In this document: positions 25,073 to 34,318 of the stretch, in pieces
Layout of the letters: every line of letters begins with the position of its first letter
How positions within the stretch are numbered: position 1 is the first letter of the stretch
Source: Escherichia phage EdH4
DNA length: 64,000 nt
Direction: 5' to 3' (one strand)
Sequence record: MK327930.1
Notes under the pieces: generated by a model
Seen by the model: only the letters and a program-made list of their open reading frames with translations
The model's database searches: none
What the model was told of the DNA's origin: nothing
Position numbers and translations under genes: made by a program

Positions 25073-25826
25073 TAATTCTGCTCCTTACTACAGGCTCGTT
25101 TGCTAAGAATACGGCTTTTGCCCAGCCACGTGGTGTGAGACTTCGAATCATCTTCGTTCTTGCACTCTTTCCACCCAGCTTGGCGTGTTGCATAGAATAC
25201 CCGCTAACCGCGTCAACTATTTGCGGGACAGGTTTTGTGGGCGGGATTATAAATCCATTACCTATCCAGCCGCAAGTTATTTTTGGATAGGCATCACGTG
25301 GAGCTATAAATTCAGGAAACCAAGGGTTTACATCATCCTCCGGTAAATACCCACCATAGTCAGAAGGATGAAAACGGTAATCAGGTTTGCGCCACAGTGT
25401 GGACATAACACCCACAGGATTCTCTACATGCCACGGGCAATCGTAAATCTCTCCCAGCTCTTCCGCAACCCGAGCATCCTTTACGGCATTAATTTGGATC
25501 AGAGGGTCCTTAGCCAGCTTTTTCTTAAAATGTGCAGCACCTGATACCGCTAAATGCGTGCACGGAGGAAATGCAAGAATAAAGTCTGGAGCTGGGTACA
25601 TGCAAAAAGTTTCCTGAGGGAACCATGGGTCAATCCAATAATCCACATAGTGAATGTTGGGATGATCGGTTATAACCTCTGCATAACTGCCGTGATCAGC
25701 GCCTTCTGCATTAAAGCACAGGCACAGGTACCCAGCTTTTGCCCAGTCAATGACTGCACCACCAGACCCGTCAAATAGACTCCACACAACACCTTTGTGG
25801 TAGTGTTCTTTGTAGATAAATTTCAA
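25062..25826 (-). CDS. Putative DNA (cytosine-5)-methyltransferase-like protein
   Basis: Motif I SLFDGSGG; motif IV FPPCTHLAVSG; motif VI HVENPVG; start trimmed to a TTG with an AGGAG RBS because the track start lies inside the terminator hairpin. Confidence 0.5.
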   Translation of the reverse strand: MKFIYKEHYHKGVVWSLFDGSGGAVIDWAKAGYLCLCFNAEGADHGSYAEVITDHPNIHYVDYWIDPWFPQETFCMYPAPDFILAFPPCTHLAVSGAAHFKKKLAKDPLIQINAVKDARVAEELGEIYDCPWHVENPVGVMSTLWRKPDYRFHPSDYGGYLPEDDVNPWFPEFIAPRDAYPKITCGWIGNGFIIPPTKPVPQIVDAVSGYSMQHAKLGGKSARTKMIRSLTPRGWAKAVFLANEPVVRSRINGK

Positions 25827-25844
25827 TTTGCTGTCTCCTAATGC

Positions 25845-25871
25845 AAAAAGCCCCACCCTTTCGGGCAGGGC
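25845..25871 (-). terminator. Rho-independent terminator (same hairpin as 15719-15740)
   Basis: gccccaccctttcgggcagggc plus T-run on minus. Confidence 0.65.
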
Positions 25872-25877
25872 CTAGTG

Positions 25878-26360
25878 TTAAACCCGGATACCTATTGTAT
25901 ACTCGGTGGATACCAATGTCAAATCTAAATTTAAAATTTCTTGCATCTCATAATATGCGTCCAGGGTGAGATACATTTCCCCATCCTTTTCTACATACTT
26001 GTCAAGGTGTTTGAGGCACTTTGGATAACTATTAAGGGCAGCCTTTAGGCACTCAAACTCTGTGCTGTTGATGAATCCTTCCATCTTGGCTACCCGTTCT
26101 GGGGTAACGATAGCACTGTAGTGAGATTTAGCTTCCTGAATGCAATGGGTCCAAGCATCAACTTTCTCTTCGAAAAGTCCGAAGAACTTCTTTTTGGTGA
26201 GCTTCAGATTCTTTAAGTGCTTAAGCACTCGGTTGCCGATCACAGATACATCACGAAACTTAAAGATCACTTTGTCAATATCCTCGCGGCCTATTTTTAC
26301 AAAGCAAGCCTCGCACATTTCAGGAGAGGCATATCCTACTTTCCACATAAAATCTGACAT
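25878..26360 (-). CDS. Hypothetical protein
   Basis: 160-aa ORF. Confidence 0.55.
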   Translation of the reverse strand: MSDFMWKVGYASPEMCEACFVKIGREDIDKVIFKFRDVSVIGNRVLKHLKNLKLTKKKFFGLFEEKVDAWTHCIQEAKSHYSAIVTPERVAKMEGFINSTEFECLKAALNSYPKCLKHLDKYVEKDGEMYLTLDAYYEMQEILNLDLTLVSTEYTIGIRV

Positions 26361-26372
26361 AACACTCTCTCC

Positions 26373-26768
26373 TTATTCCTGAAAAGCAACGATATCATAT
26401 GCACTTACCAATGATTCCGGTGAAGAATGACTCCAGTCCAGGTTATCAGAGTATCCAGCGTGCTGTGCACCGCTACGTAGTTTGTATTTTACCCACTTAC
26501 CTGGTGCAGGGTTTTCACCACCTTCCCATGCTTCCCAGTCTTCTGACAGGCCGTCCTGAGAGCAGTCATCCACTTCACTGATAATCTTAGGGTTTGGCAC
26601 CAAGATCCCTGCAGGCTCCTCCTTCCGGATAAGTGTCCACACAGCGTAGGTGTCTGAGCAGGCGCATGATAGCAAAGTATATCCACTATTTAGAACTTCT
26701 GCAAGCTCTTTTTCAGCATCTTCCAATTTGGTTAAGTGGTATTGGATAATCTTCACACCTGTAATCAT
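26373..26768 (-). CDS. Hypothetical protein
   Basis: 131-aa ORF. Confidence 0.55.
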   Translation of the reverse strand: MITGVKIIQYHLTKLEDAEKELAEVLNSGYTLLSCACSDTYAVWTLIRKEEPAGILVPNPKIISEVDDCSQDGLSEDWEAWEGGENPAPGKWVKYKLRSGAQHAGYSDNLDWSHSSPESLVSAYDIVAFQE

Positions 26769-27112
26769 CAGAAACCTCCCACTTCTTCAGCAAATGCAGC
26801 TGCTGTCGTCGCTGCATCCAGATAGGACTCTAGTTCACGGACTGCACGTTTGTAAATTGAGTGGCGCATATCGTTTGGCAATTGGTGGAAGTCCACCTCT
26901 TCACCGTTGTGGTAAACATGCACATCGGTAATTTGTCTAAATCCGTAATAGTCAACATCAGAATCACGGCACTCTGGGTCTGGCAACTGGACAACTGCCT
27001 GAGCTTCCACAGTGAACATATCGTCAAGTTCGAAATCGATTTCAAAAGTGTATGGTTTATAACGTTTCATCATTTGATTGTACTCTTTATTGGTCAGACT
27101 TATCTTTCGCAA
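26768..27112 (-). CDS. Hypothetical protein
   Basis: 114-aa ORF. Confidence 0.55.
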   Translation of the reverse strand: MRKISLTNKEYNQMMKRYKPYTFEIDFELDDMFTVEAQAVVQLPDPECRDSDVDYYGFRQITDVHVYHNGEEVDFHQLPNDMRHSIYKRAVRELESYLDAATTAAAFAEEVGGF

Positions 27113-28412
27113 TTAAGGTCGGGGTAAGTTTGTAATAGCGGAAGCCACCACCACCTTCCCAGTTTACAGACTTAGAAATACCACCTTGATCTTCACCATC
27201 GATCACTTTTTCCAAGCGCGGAATAATATGGGTATGACAATGATCACCTATCTCGATTGAGATCCAACGTCTTTTCATCTTGTGAGCTACAGCAGCAGTA
27301 GTTCCCGAACCACCGAATGAATCCAATACCAAATCGCCTTCTCGCGTACACATTTCGAAAATTCGCTTCAAAAGCGCTTCTGGTTTTTTCCCATTTTTGA
27401 AACTAACGCCACCTTCATTTGCTATTCCATTCCAACTAATGTCTGTCCAAACATCAGTTATTAGTTCCGCAGGTTGCATATCACCGTCAATTTCCAAAAG
27501 CCTGTTGGAGTAAAAGACCATTTGCCTACCATTTACGATATAAAATCCTTCAACATCTTCATTTGGATGTACATAAACCTTATCCCTATCTTTCTTTGAC
27601 TTCTCGATAGTTTCTTTTCTCTTTACTTTAGCACCACCGCCGATTGCAACAGATTGAAATACACGTTCTGCATTATCAATTGCGAATTGTGCTAATTCAT
27701 CATCGAATGTATCAGGCAGTTTTTTCTTGGCCTCTTTTGCATCTTTATAGCCATTGGCCTTTGCAAACGCATCGGCAATACCGCACCACGTCCAATTTTT
27801 ATAATGGTCATCCGGGTTTAATAGGTATTTGTTATATCCTGTATCATACCCTTTAGGTATATAGATTTTGTTAAGCGGTTTCTGGGTGCGATCTTTTGCA
27901 TATACAAGCAAAAAGTTTGCTGTGGAGAAAACTGTGGCTCCTGTTGCCTTAAATCCCGAAGGGGAATTTGTGGTCATCGATATGGTATTTAACTGATTTG
28001 CACGACCAAAAATCTCGTCCATCAAAACTTTTAAATACGCCATTTCGCAATCATCTAAGTGAACGAATATTACCCCATCATCACTTAGAAGATTACGAAT
28101 TATTTCTAACCTATCCCTCATTAAGCCCAGCCAAATGGAATGCTCAAGGCTATCATCGTAGTGCTCAAAAGCCCTTCCAGTATTGAATGGTGGGTCTATG
28201 TAAACACACTTCACTTTGCCTGCATACTCTTGCTCTAGCGCCTTCAATGCTAATAAGTTATCTCCAAAAATCAGTTTATTATCAAAAATATCGTTTTCGG
28301 TCACTTTCTGGCTGTGGTAAGACTTGCTAGAATCTTCTAACAAAATGTGCGGCTCTAACTTTTTGCGCTCGTTTTTACCTATCCAGGTTAGTTCTAATTT
28401 GGTTTTACTCAT
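27087..28412 (-). CDS. DNA methyltransferase, beta-class (N6-adenine or N4-cytosine), Mod-like, apparently orphan
   Basis: Motif IV VYIDPPFNTG precedes motif I DSFGGSGTTAAVA (beta-class order); no restriction subunit nearby. Confidence 0.8.
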   Translation of the reverse strand: MSKTKLELTWIGKNERKKLEPHILLEDSSKSYHSQKVTENDIFDNKLIFGDNLLALKALEQEYAGKVKCVYIDPPFNTGRAFEHYDDSLEHSIWLGLMRDRLEIIRNLLSDDGVIFVHLDDCEMAYLKVLMDEIFGRANQLNTISMTTNSPSGFKATGATVFSTANFLLVYAKDRTQKPLNKIYIPKGYDTGYNKYLLNPDDHYKNWTWCGIADAFAKANGYKDAKEAKKKLPDTFDDELAQFAIDNAERVFQSVAIGGGAKVKRKETIEKSKKDRDKVYVHPNEDVEGFYIVNGRQMVFYSNRLLEIDGDMQPAELITDVWTDISWNGIANEGGVSFKNGKKPEALLKRIFEMCTREGDLVLDSFGGSGTTAAVAHKMKRRWISIEIGDHCHTHIIPRLEKVIDGEDQGGISKSVNWEGGGGFRYYKLTPTLIAKDKSDQ

Positions 28413-28473
28413 CGTTTGGTGCTCTCCTTAGTTTTTGTGGGGAGGAGTGCCTCCCCTTTATACTCACATCTTA

Positions 28474-28815
28474 CTACTCAAGGTCTTCAGAGTCAAGCTC
28501 AAAAAGAATCAAACTGTGCATACCTGCAGAGAGATTAACACACCCTGCAACAATAAGGGTTTGATAGTAAGGTTCAGCACCCTCAATGTCTTCGTTAAAA
28601 TCCACAACAAGGTAGTCACCTTTGTTAAAGGTGTATTTGTCCGATGTAAACGCAAAACCTGCCCAGTCCCCTACTGCAGGATCTTTATCAGTCACCTTTG
28701 TCAGCAGTAGATCTTTTTCACGAGATCTTTTAGTAAAATCGTGAATCACAACATCCTTCTCTTCAGGAGTTGGATTGCCACACACGTAGTTAACTATATT
28801 TCTCCACAAACTCAT
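28474..28815 (-). CDS. Hypothetical protein
   Basis: 113-aa ORF. Confidence 0.55.
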   Translation of the reverse strand: MSLWRNIVNYVCGNPTPEEKDVVIHDFTKRSREKDLLLTKVTDKDPAVGDWAGFAFTSDKYTFNKGDYLVVDFNEDIEGAEPYYQTLIVAGCVNLSAGMHSLILFELDSEDLE

Positions 28816-30182
28816 ACGTCCCCCTCTTCTGCTCTGGTTTCAAAATCTTTCCTGACAATTTTGTCTAAGTCAGGAAAGGTTGTATTGTAAAACTCTACTA
28901 CTCGCGGGTCAACAATAATGTCAACTTCTCTTAGTGGACGCAACAAGTTTATTCCTTGTATTGTCTTAACTCGACTCAAAGCAACATACGTCATCCCAGG
29001 AGAGAAAGCTCCGTTCTTTCCAAGGTCCAGGTTGTAACAATCTAGCGTAAGTCCTTGACTTTTATGAGATGTTACGGCGTACCCAGATTTCAGAGGGAGT
29101 TGCTTGTATGATCCAATCACTACCCTCTCTATAAACTTCTCCATCTTCCTTTCTGCAATGTTGTATCTTTGAGATGGCTTATACTCGTTATTCTCCCACA
29201 ACCTTTGTTCTATGTCAACCTGTGTTCCATCTTCAAGCTCCACCACCACCGCCTTGTTCTTAAATTTAACAATTGTGGCACGTGTTCCGTTAACATAATA
29301 AGGTACTTTGTGCGTCGGGTCAACATCGTTGGCGGTTATCATAACTTTCATGCCAATTTTCAACTTCATCTCCTGCTCAACTGGCAAGGTGGAGGGAAAC
29401 TTACCCTTCATTTCACCAGTGTATACCTTCTCTGGGGCGTTGATGGCATCATAGAACCTTCTGTTCACTTCCTCTGCTTGTTTGTTGGTGGCGCAAATTG
29501 TGATAGCGTCTGTTGGTACACCTCCTTTGTAACAGCGAGCATTAAGTTCTGCTACAACCTCTTTTATACGACGACCCTCACGAACACAGTTGAGCATTGT
29601 AGCAAATCGAATAGACTCCTGTCGGAACTGATCTATTAGGGCTATGTTGTGGAGGTCAAGCTCTTTCCAAGATTCGGTATAGCAACACAAGTCCGTATGG
29701 TAGAAGTTGAAGTAGGCTTCCTTCTCCATAGAAGAGACAACAGGAGGTGCCTGGTAAAAATCGCCAAACAATATGACCTGTATGCCTCCGAAAGGTTTGT
29801 CATTTTTTCGAAGGAAGCGGAGTTTCCTATCCATCTCTATAAACTTATCAGCACGGATCATAGAGATTTCATCGATAATTAGGATGGTAAATGCCTTGCT
29901 CTTCAAAGGCTTTGCTGTTTTTGCCCTTATTGCGGTCCAGTCTGACTCCATGCTCACACCTGCTGCAAGATCGAAGGTTCGGTGTGCTGTTGCTCCATTA
30001 ACGTTTAAAGCGGCTACCCCTGTCGGGGCAACCGTTATGCAAGAGTCTCCATACATTGACTGGATCATGTTGATGAGGTACGTCTTCCCACAACCTGCGG
30101 GTCCTGAAACGAAGACATTCTCACCGCTCATGATTGCAACGAGGGCAGCATCTGTGCCTACATCATACTGCCCTTTTTCCAT
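28812..30182 (-). CDS. Dda/RecD/Pif1-like superfamily 1 DNA helicase
   Basis: Walker A VSGPAGCGKT; IIDEISMI; AVTSHKSQGLTLD. Confidence 0.8.
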   Translation of the reverse strand: MEKGQYDVGTDAALVAIMSGENVFVSGPAGCGKTYLINMIQSMYGDSCITVAPTGVAALNVNGATAHRTFDLAAGVSMESDWTAIRAKTAKPLKSKAFTILIIDEISMIRADKFIEMDRKLRFLRKNDKPFGGIQVILFGDFYQAPPVVSSMEKEAYFNFYHTDLCCYTESWKELDLHNIALIDQFRQESIRFATMLNCVREGRRIKEVVAELNARCYKGGVPTDAITICATNKQAEEVNRRFYDAINAPEKVYTGEMKGKFPSTLPVEQEMKLKIGMKVMITANDVDPTHKVPYYVNGTRATIVKFKNKAVVVELEDGTQVDIEQRLWENNEYKPSQRYNIAERKMEKFIERVVIGSYKQLPLKSGYAVTSHKSQGLTLDCYNLDLGKNGAFSPGMTYVALSRVKTIQGINLLRPLREVDIIVDPRVVEFYNTTFPDLDKIVRKDFETRAEEGDV

Positions 30183-31387
30183 TACGCCTCCTCGTAAAGA
30201 ATGTCGATAGTGTTACCATCACGGTCAACCACGTATTCAATCGGATCGCCATCTTTGCGTGATTCCGGTGCTGCTACGATTTCGTAGCGGCATGCACGGC
30301 ACTTAGCACTGTTGTGTTGGTATGGCACACTAACCACATCCGCAGGGTCAACCATAACCATCATTACGGTGCCATAGCCCGCTGCATACTCTTTGCTGGC
30401 GCAGTGCAGGCCATAAGAACACGCAGCTTCCGGATCATCTTCTACAAAGTTACGAGGCATGGATACAAAAGCACCCTGGTATTGTGGAACTTTACCGCTG
30501 TGCCAATCCACCCACTTGCTTCCGTTAAACTGAACCCCCTTATAGCAAATGATTCGACCATCTTCTGCAACCTGGATGTCATTAGCCTGCATGAAATCGT
30601 AGAGCATGTTCACAGATTTTGCAGACGGGTTGCGTAGCAGACGGACAAGGAATTTAACATATCGGTCGTCCAGTGTTCCATCTATATAATCTTCCTCAAT
30701 TTTCTTTGCAATGGTAGATTGCATCTCTACACCGTAGTAATAGAGCTTACCATCTTTCATAATCAGGTTGTCTGCAAGTGTAGTGAACTCATTCTTGCGT
30801 TCCAACCAGACAAGGATTTCACCAATTGCCTCGTCATATTCCTGAACAGAGATATGGTCGAAGACTTTCTGGTAAACTTCCTCACTTTCGCTGCGGCGAA
30901 TTTCAAAAATGCCTTCGTTGCAGGTGATCTGGAGGAGTTCCCCACAAATAACCACCAAAGGCTCGATGTTTCGAGTCTGTTGCTGAGACACACTGCTCAC
31001 CACCTCCAGCACCGGATCTTTGACTTCTACTAAAGGTTCTTCTGACTTGATTGCCACCCCAGTGAACCCCACACCGTGAACAACACACAGTGGGTATACC
31101 ACGCCCCAACGTTTAACGGAACCTTCACCTAAATCTAAGATCATAGCGTACTTACCGTTATCTTCCAGACCGTATCGAAATAAACGGGCCTCTTCGCGGG
31201 TTTCAAAATCCTCACGGGTGTAGCAGACGCTGTCACGGTCAGGATCGAACAACTCTGGGGCACCAACTGCCAGTGTCCAGGTTGTGTCGCCTTTCTCAAT
31301 GGCACATGTGAAACCCTTCTTCTCAAGTTCTGCACGGCGGTCTCGTGCTTCTTTACGGGTTTTGAAATGTTCGTAGATGAAAATCAT
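30182..31387 (-). CDS. rIIB: rIIB-like protein
   Basis: C-terminal half matches recalled T4 rIIB blocks (NPSAKSVNMLYDFMQANDIQVAEDG; SYGLHCASKEY; VDPADVVSVPYQHNSAKCRACRYE); about 100-aa N-terminal extension. Confidence 0.7.
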   Translation of the reverse strand: MIFIYEHFKTRKEARDRRAELEKKGFTCAIEKGDTTWTLAVGAPELFDPDRDSVCYTREDFETREEARLFRYGLEDNGKYAMILDLGEGSVKRWGVVYPLCVVHGVGFTGVAIKSEEPLVEVKDPVLEVVSSVSQQQTRNIEPLVVICGELLQITCNEGIFEIRRSESEEVYQKVFDHISVQEYDEAIGEILVWLERKNEFTTLADNLIMKDGKLYYYGVEMQSTIAKKIEEDYIDGTLDDRYVKFLVRLLRNPSAKSVNMLYDFMQANDIQVAEDGRIICYKGVQFNGSKWVDWHSGKVPQYQGAFVSMPRNFVEDDPEAACSYGLHCASKEYAAGYGTVMMVMVDPADVVSVPYQHNSAKCRACRYEIVAAPESRKDGDPIEYVVDRDGNTIDILYEEA

Positions 31388-31397
31388 CTTGGTCTCC

Positions 31398-33380
31398 TTA
31401 TTTGATGTTATTCTTTGTATCGATCAGCTCACGGTATTCAATCATAGCAGGGGTGTCCCAATATTTCAAGCCCACATGCTTCAAAAGTGGATATTTCTTT
31501 TCCAATCTTGCAATATAGGCCTTCCCGCACTTAACCCGGTTGGCGATTAAGATTTTGGCACGATGATTTAGCTCACTGTGCTTCCACGCGGTGTTACCTT
31601 CCCACTTGTGGAAATGTGGCCGATAATTTCCAAAATCCTGCATGGGGATAATTTTCCCTAATTGTCTATACAAGCTGTCATATGAAGTTTCATTTGCTGC
31701 GCGAGTCAGTAAGAATTTCCAAGCATCCTCTTTCAACAAATGTTCCACATTCTTCTCTGTAACATACTGGCAATCAGGATCAGTCCAAAGCAGACGAGAT
31801 TCTGATACCAAGTACAGATCTTCACCTTCAGGAATCTGGAGTGCAGCACGCACACGGTCATAATTTTGCTGGTAGATGTTACTCAGCTGTCCCAGCCAAC
31901 AACTTCCACGTTGGATATCACCCTCATAAGGAATGCAGTGCTTAATCTTCTTGAACTCTGCCTTAGTAATACGTTCACGACGGAAGTAACCATCCTTCTC
32001 AAGCTTTTTAACCCAATAACCTGGCTCGTAATGAGTTTTTGTTTCACCTTTCTTCGCAGGTCGGCGAGGGAGCTCTGATAACAATTTGACAGTATCTGCA
32101 AAGAACGGATGGTGTGCCGCCTCTTTAAACTCTTTCACCAGATCCGTGTTCCGGCAATAGAAAACGTTGCGTCCGGTGATTTCGCTTAAGTAGTTACACT
32201 TATTTCGGTTATATTTACCATCTCCGTCGTTAAATACAAGGTATACACCTCGTAAGAACTCCGACTTTCCGTAACGAGCATAGCCTATGCGGCCTTTATT
32301 TAAGCCGCCAGCGAAAATTTCACAATCGCCTAAGTCGCCAAGCCCTGTTTCTTCCCAACGGTTCCACATAAAGTTTTTGCCGAAGATGTGTCCGAACACT
32401 CCACTATTCTTCATCATTTCACGTGCTTCTGCGGAGGTTTTTGCCGTCTCCAGTTCTGCAATAACTTCTGCCCCGCGAAGACGTATACCTTCTTTGACAA
32501 AGGCCTCCAGGCGATCCTGGAATCCACCGTCGTCATGGCCCTCTATGGTCCATTCACGCCCAGGGTTAATATTGCAATCCCCAATAGGAATTTCCACGCA
32601 GATTGCAGGGTAATCGGTCAATGTCTCCAGGAACTTGGAGCGGTAAGGTTGGTGACCCATCACAACACGGCTCTCATCAGAACTGGTATAACCTTTCAGG
32701 ATGGTCATTTTCCAGCCATCCTTCTCGTAATGATACTGTGCCTCAACCTTGTCACCTTCTAACATCTTACTGGTCATAGGATCGGTGACGATGAACGGAA
32801 ACTTCGCATAGCGTAAGCACGATGCAATAGCAGTGCGATATTTCAGGACATGCTCTTTCTTAACATGGAACTGAACTTTTACCCCGTTGTGCTCTTCAGT
32901 CTTCCGCTCACGGATCTTGGTAACGTTTGGGATACCCTGATCCAAGAACAATAGATATGTGCTTTCAACACCATTGTGCACACTGATAACATCGAAAGTG
33001 TCCACCATACTGAACGGAGCCTTTGAACCAACACCTTTATTACCTACCAGAGCGTTGCTGTTGCGCTTGGTTGACTCCCCGAGATTCATGAAAGTGTTGC
33101 GGACCATCTCTTCTGACATGCCCAATCCAACGTCCTGCACAAAGAAGTATGGTTCAAGGTCTGTAGGAGAGTGAATGATGATCGGTACATCACCCCGTCC
33201 AGACTCAACATGGGAGTCCACAGCATTGAAGATTGGTTCACGGCAGCTTGCCAGCACCTTATCTTCGTAAATCCCTTTAATGATTAGCCCAAAAGTCTCT
33301 TTGTTCAGAGAAATTGAGCCCCTGGTGACCTCCATATTTCCGGTCAGCACTGCTTTAGTTTCATTACTGTTTACAATCAT
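31398..33380 (-). CDS. rIIA: rIIA-like protein (GHKL-type ATPase fold)
   Basis: Bergerat motifs REPIFNAVDSH, VQDVGLGMS, GNKGVGSKAPFSMVDTF parallel the T4 rIIA N-terminus. Confidence 0.75.
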   Translation of the reverse strand: MIVNSNETKAVLTGNMEVTRGSISLNKETFGLIIKGIYEDKVLASCREPIFNAVDSHVESGRGDVPIIIHSPTDLEPYFFVQDVGLGMSEEMVRNTFMNLGESTKRNSNALVGNKGVGSKAPFSMVDTFDVISVHNGVESTYLLFLDQGIPNVTKIRERKTEEHNGVKVQFHVKKEHVLKYRTAIASCLRYAKFPFIVTDPMTSKMLEGDKVEAQYHYEKDGWKMTILKGYTSSDESRVVMGHQPYRSKFLETLTDYPAICVEIPIGDCNINPGREWTIEGHDDGGFQDRLEAFVKEGIRLRGAEVIAELETAKTSAEAREMMKNSGVFGHIFGKNFMWNRWEETGLGDLGDCEIFAGGLNKGRIGYARYGKSEFLRGVYLVFNDGDGKYNRNKCNYLSEITGRNVFYCRNTDLVKEFKEAAHHPFFADTVKLLSELPRRPAKKGETKTHYEPGYWVKKLEKDGYFRRERITKAEFKKIKHCIPYEGDIQRGSCWLGQLSNIYQQNYDRVRAALQIPEGEDLYLVSESRLLWTDPDCQYVTEKNVEHLLKEDAWKFLLTRAANETSYDSLYRQLGKIIPMQDFGNYRPHFHKWEGNTAWKHSELNHRAKILIANRVKCGKAYIARLEKKYPLLKHVGLKYWDTPAMIEYRELIDTKNNIK

Positions 33381-33877
33381 TTATTGCGCTCCTTGTAGTA
33401 GATATGGCTCCCGAATTGAGCTGTCCTCTGCATCTTTTTTGCCCATTTCGGTCGTACTTTGGTTGTATGGTAGTGTGTTGCTCCACCTGTTATGTCCATA
33501 GCCATGTATGCAACATGGTTGTTATTATAGACCTTTAGAAGCATCTTTGCAAGACTTTTAGCGTGATCCCATGAATCTTTTTCTGTCACCTTAAAAGTTT
33601 TGCCGTGGTTTGTCCACGAAAACTGGTTAGGTTGGTAGACAATCTTTCTTATAGTGTCTGGGTATTTAGGGTGGGATTTCCTGTTTAGTGTGGCAAACCC
33701 AGATGCCAGCATACCCATCGTGCCATCTCCTCTAGCTTCCCTGTAGATATTGCATGCCAGAATGTTTTCCTTAGTATCTGATGGCTTGCAAGTATGATAT
33801 ACTTTTTGTTTTGGTGCTGCAACAACAGGCAGCGATAAAAGTGCGCTCAAAATAATAGCAAAGATCTTAATTTTCAC
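33377..33877 (-). CDS. Cell-wall hydrolase, SleB-like, with N-terminal signal peptide
   Basis: MKIKIFAIILSALLSLPVVAAPKQ then the YREARGDG hydrolase motif. Confidence 0.7.
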   Translation of the reverse strand: MKIKIFAIILSALLSLPVVAAPKQKVYHTCKPSDTKENILACNIYREARGDGTMGMLASGFATLNRKSHPKYPDTIRKIVYQPNQFSWTNHGKTFKVTEKDSWDHAKSLAKMLLKVYNNNHVAYMAMDITGGATHYHTTKVRPKWAKKMQRTAQFGSHIYYKERNK

Positions 33878-33891
33878 AATGACTCCAAATA

Positions 33892-33914
33892 GAAAATCCC
33901 CGCCGAAGCGGGGG
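33892..33914 (-). terminator. Rho-independent terminator
   Basis: Hairpin ccccgccgaagcggggg plus T-run on minus; the same hairpin type recurs at 60333. Confidence 0.6.
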
Positions 33915-33926
33915 AGGTCTTAGAAA

Positions 33927-34307
33927 TTAATCGTAGTGTGCCAAAATCTCTCCATCGTTGCAAGTTCCCTCTACAAAGTTATGAAGATTCATGCACTCAT
34001 CTTGATAGAAGAATTTACCGCTTTTCAGCCGTAGGCCAAACAACTCCGCATCTCCACGATGGCAAGCCTCTACAAGTTCATAGATTTCATACGGCAACTC
34101 TCCGTCGTCATGGAAGAATCCAGCCTTATCGTTGACATAAATGAAGAAATAATCACTGCTATCGCAAGCGTCCAATATTTTAAACCAGACTTCATCTACA
34201 TCTTTTTCTCGGATATCGATCACGCAAGTGGAGCTGCATTCGTACTCCTTCTCCGGCTCCTCGGTCAATACCACCAGGTAGTTTCCCCGCTTACCTACTT
34301 TAGCCAT
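33927..34307 (-). CDS. Hypothetical acidic protein
   Basis: 126-aa ORF. Confidence 0.55.
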   Translation of the reverse strand: MAKVGKRGNYLVVLTEEPEKEYECSSTCVIDIREKDVDEVWFKILDACDSSDYFFIYVNDKAGFFHDDGELPYEIYELVEACHRGDAELFGLRLKSGKFFYQDECMNLHNFVEGTCNDGEILAHYD

Positions 34308-34318
34308 ACAACCCCCCC

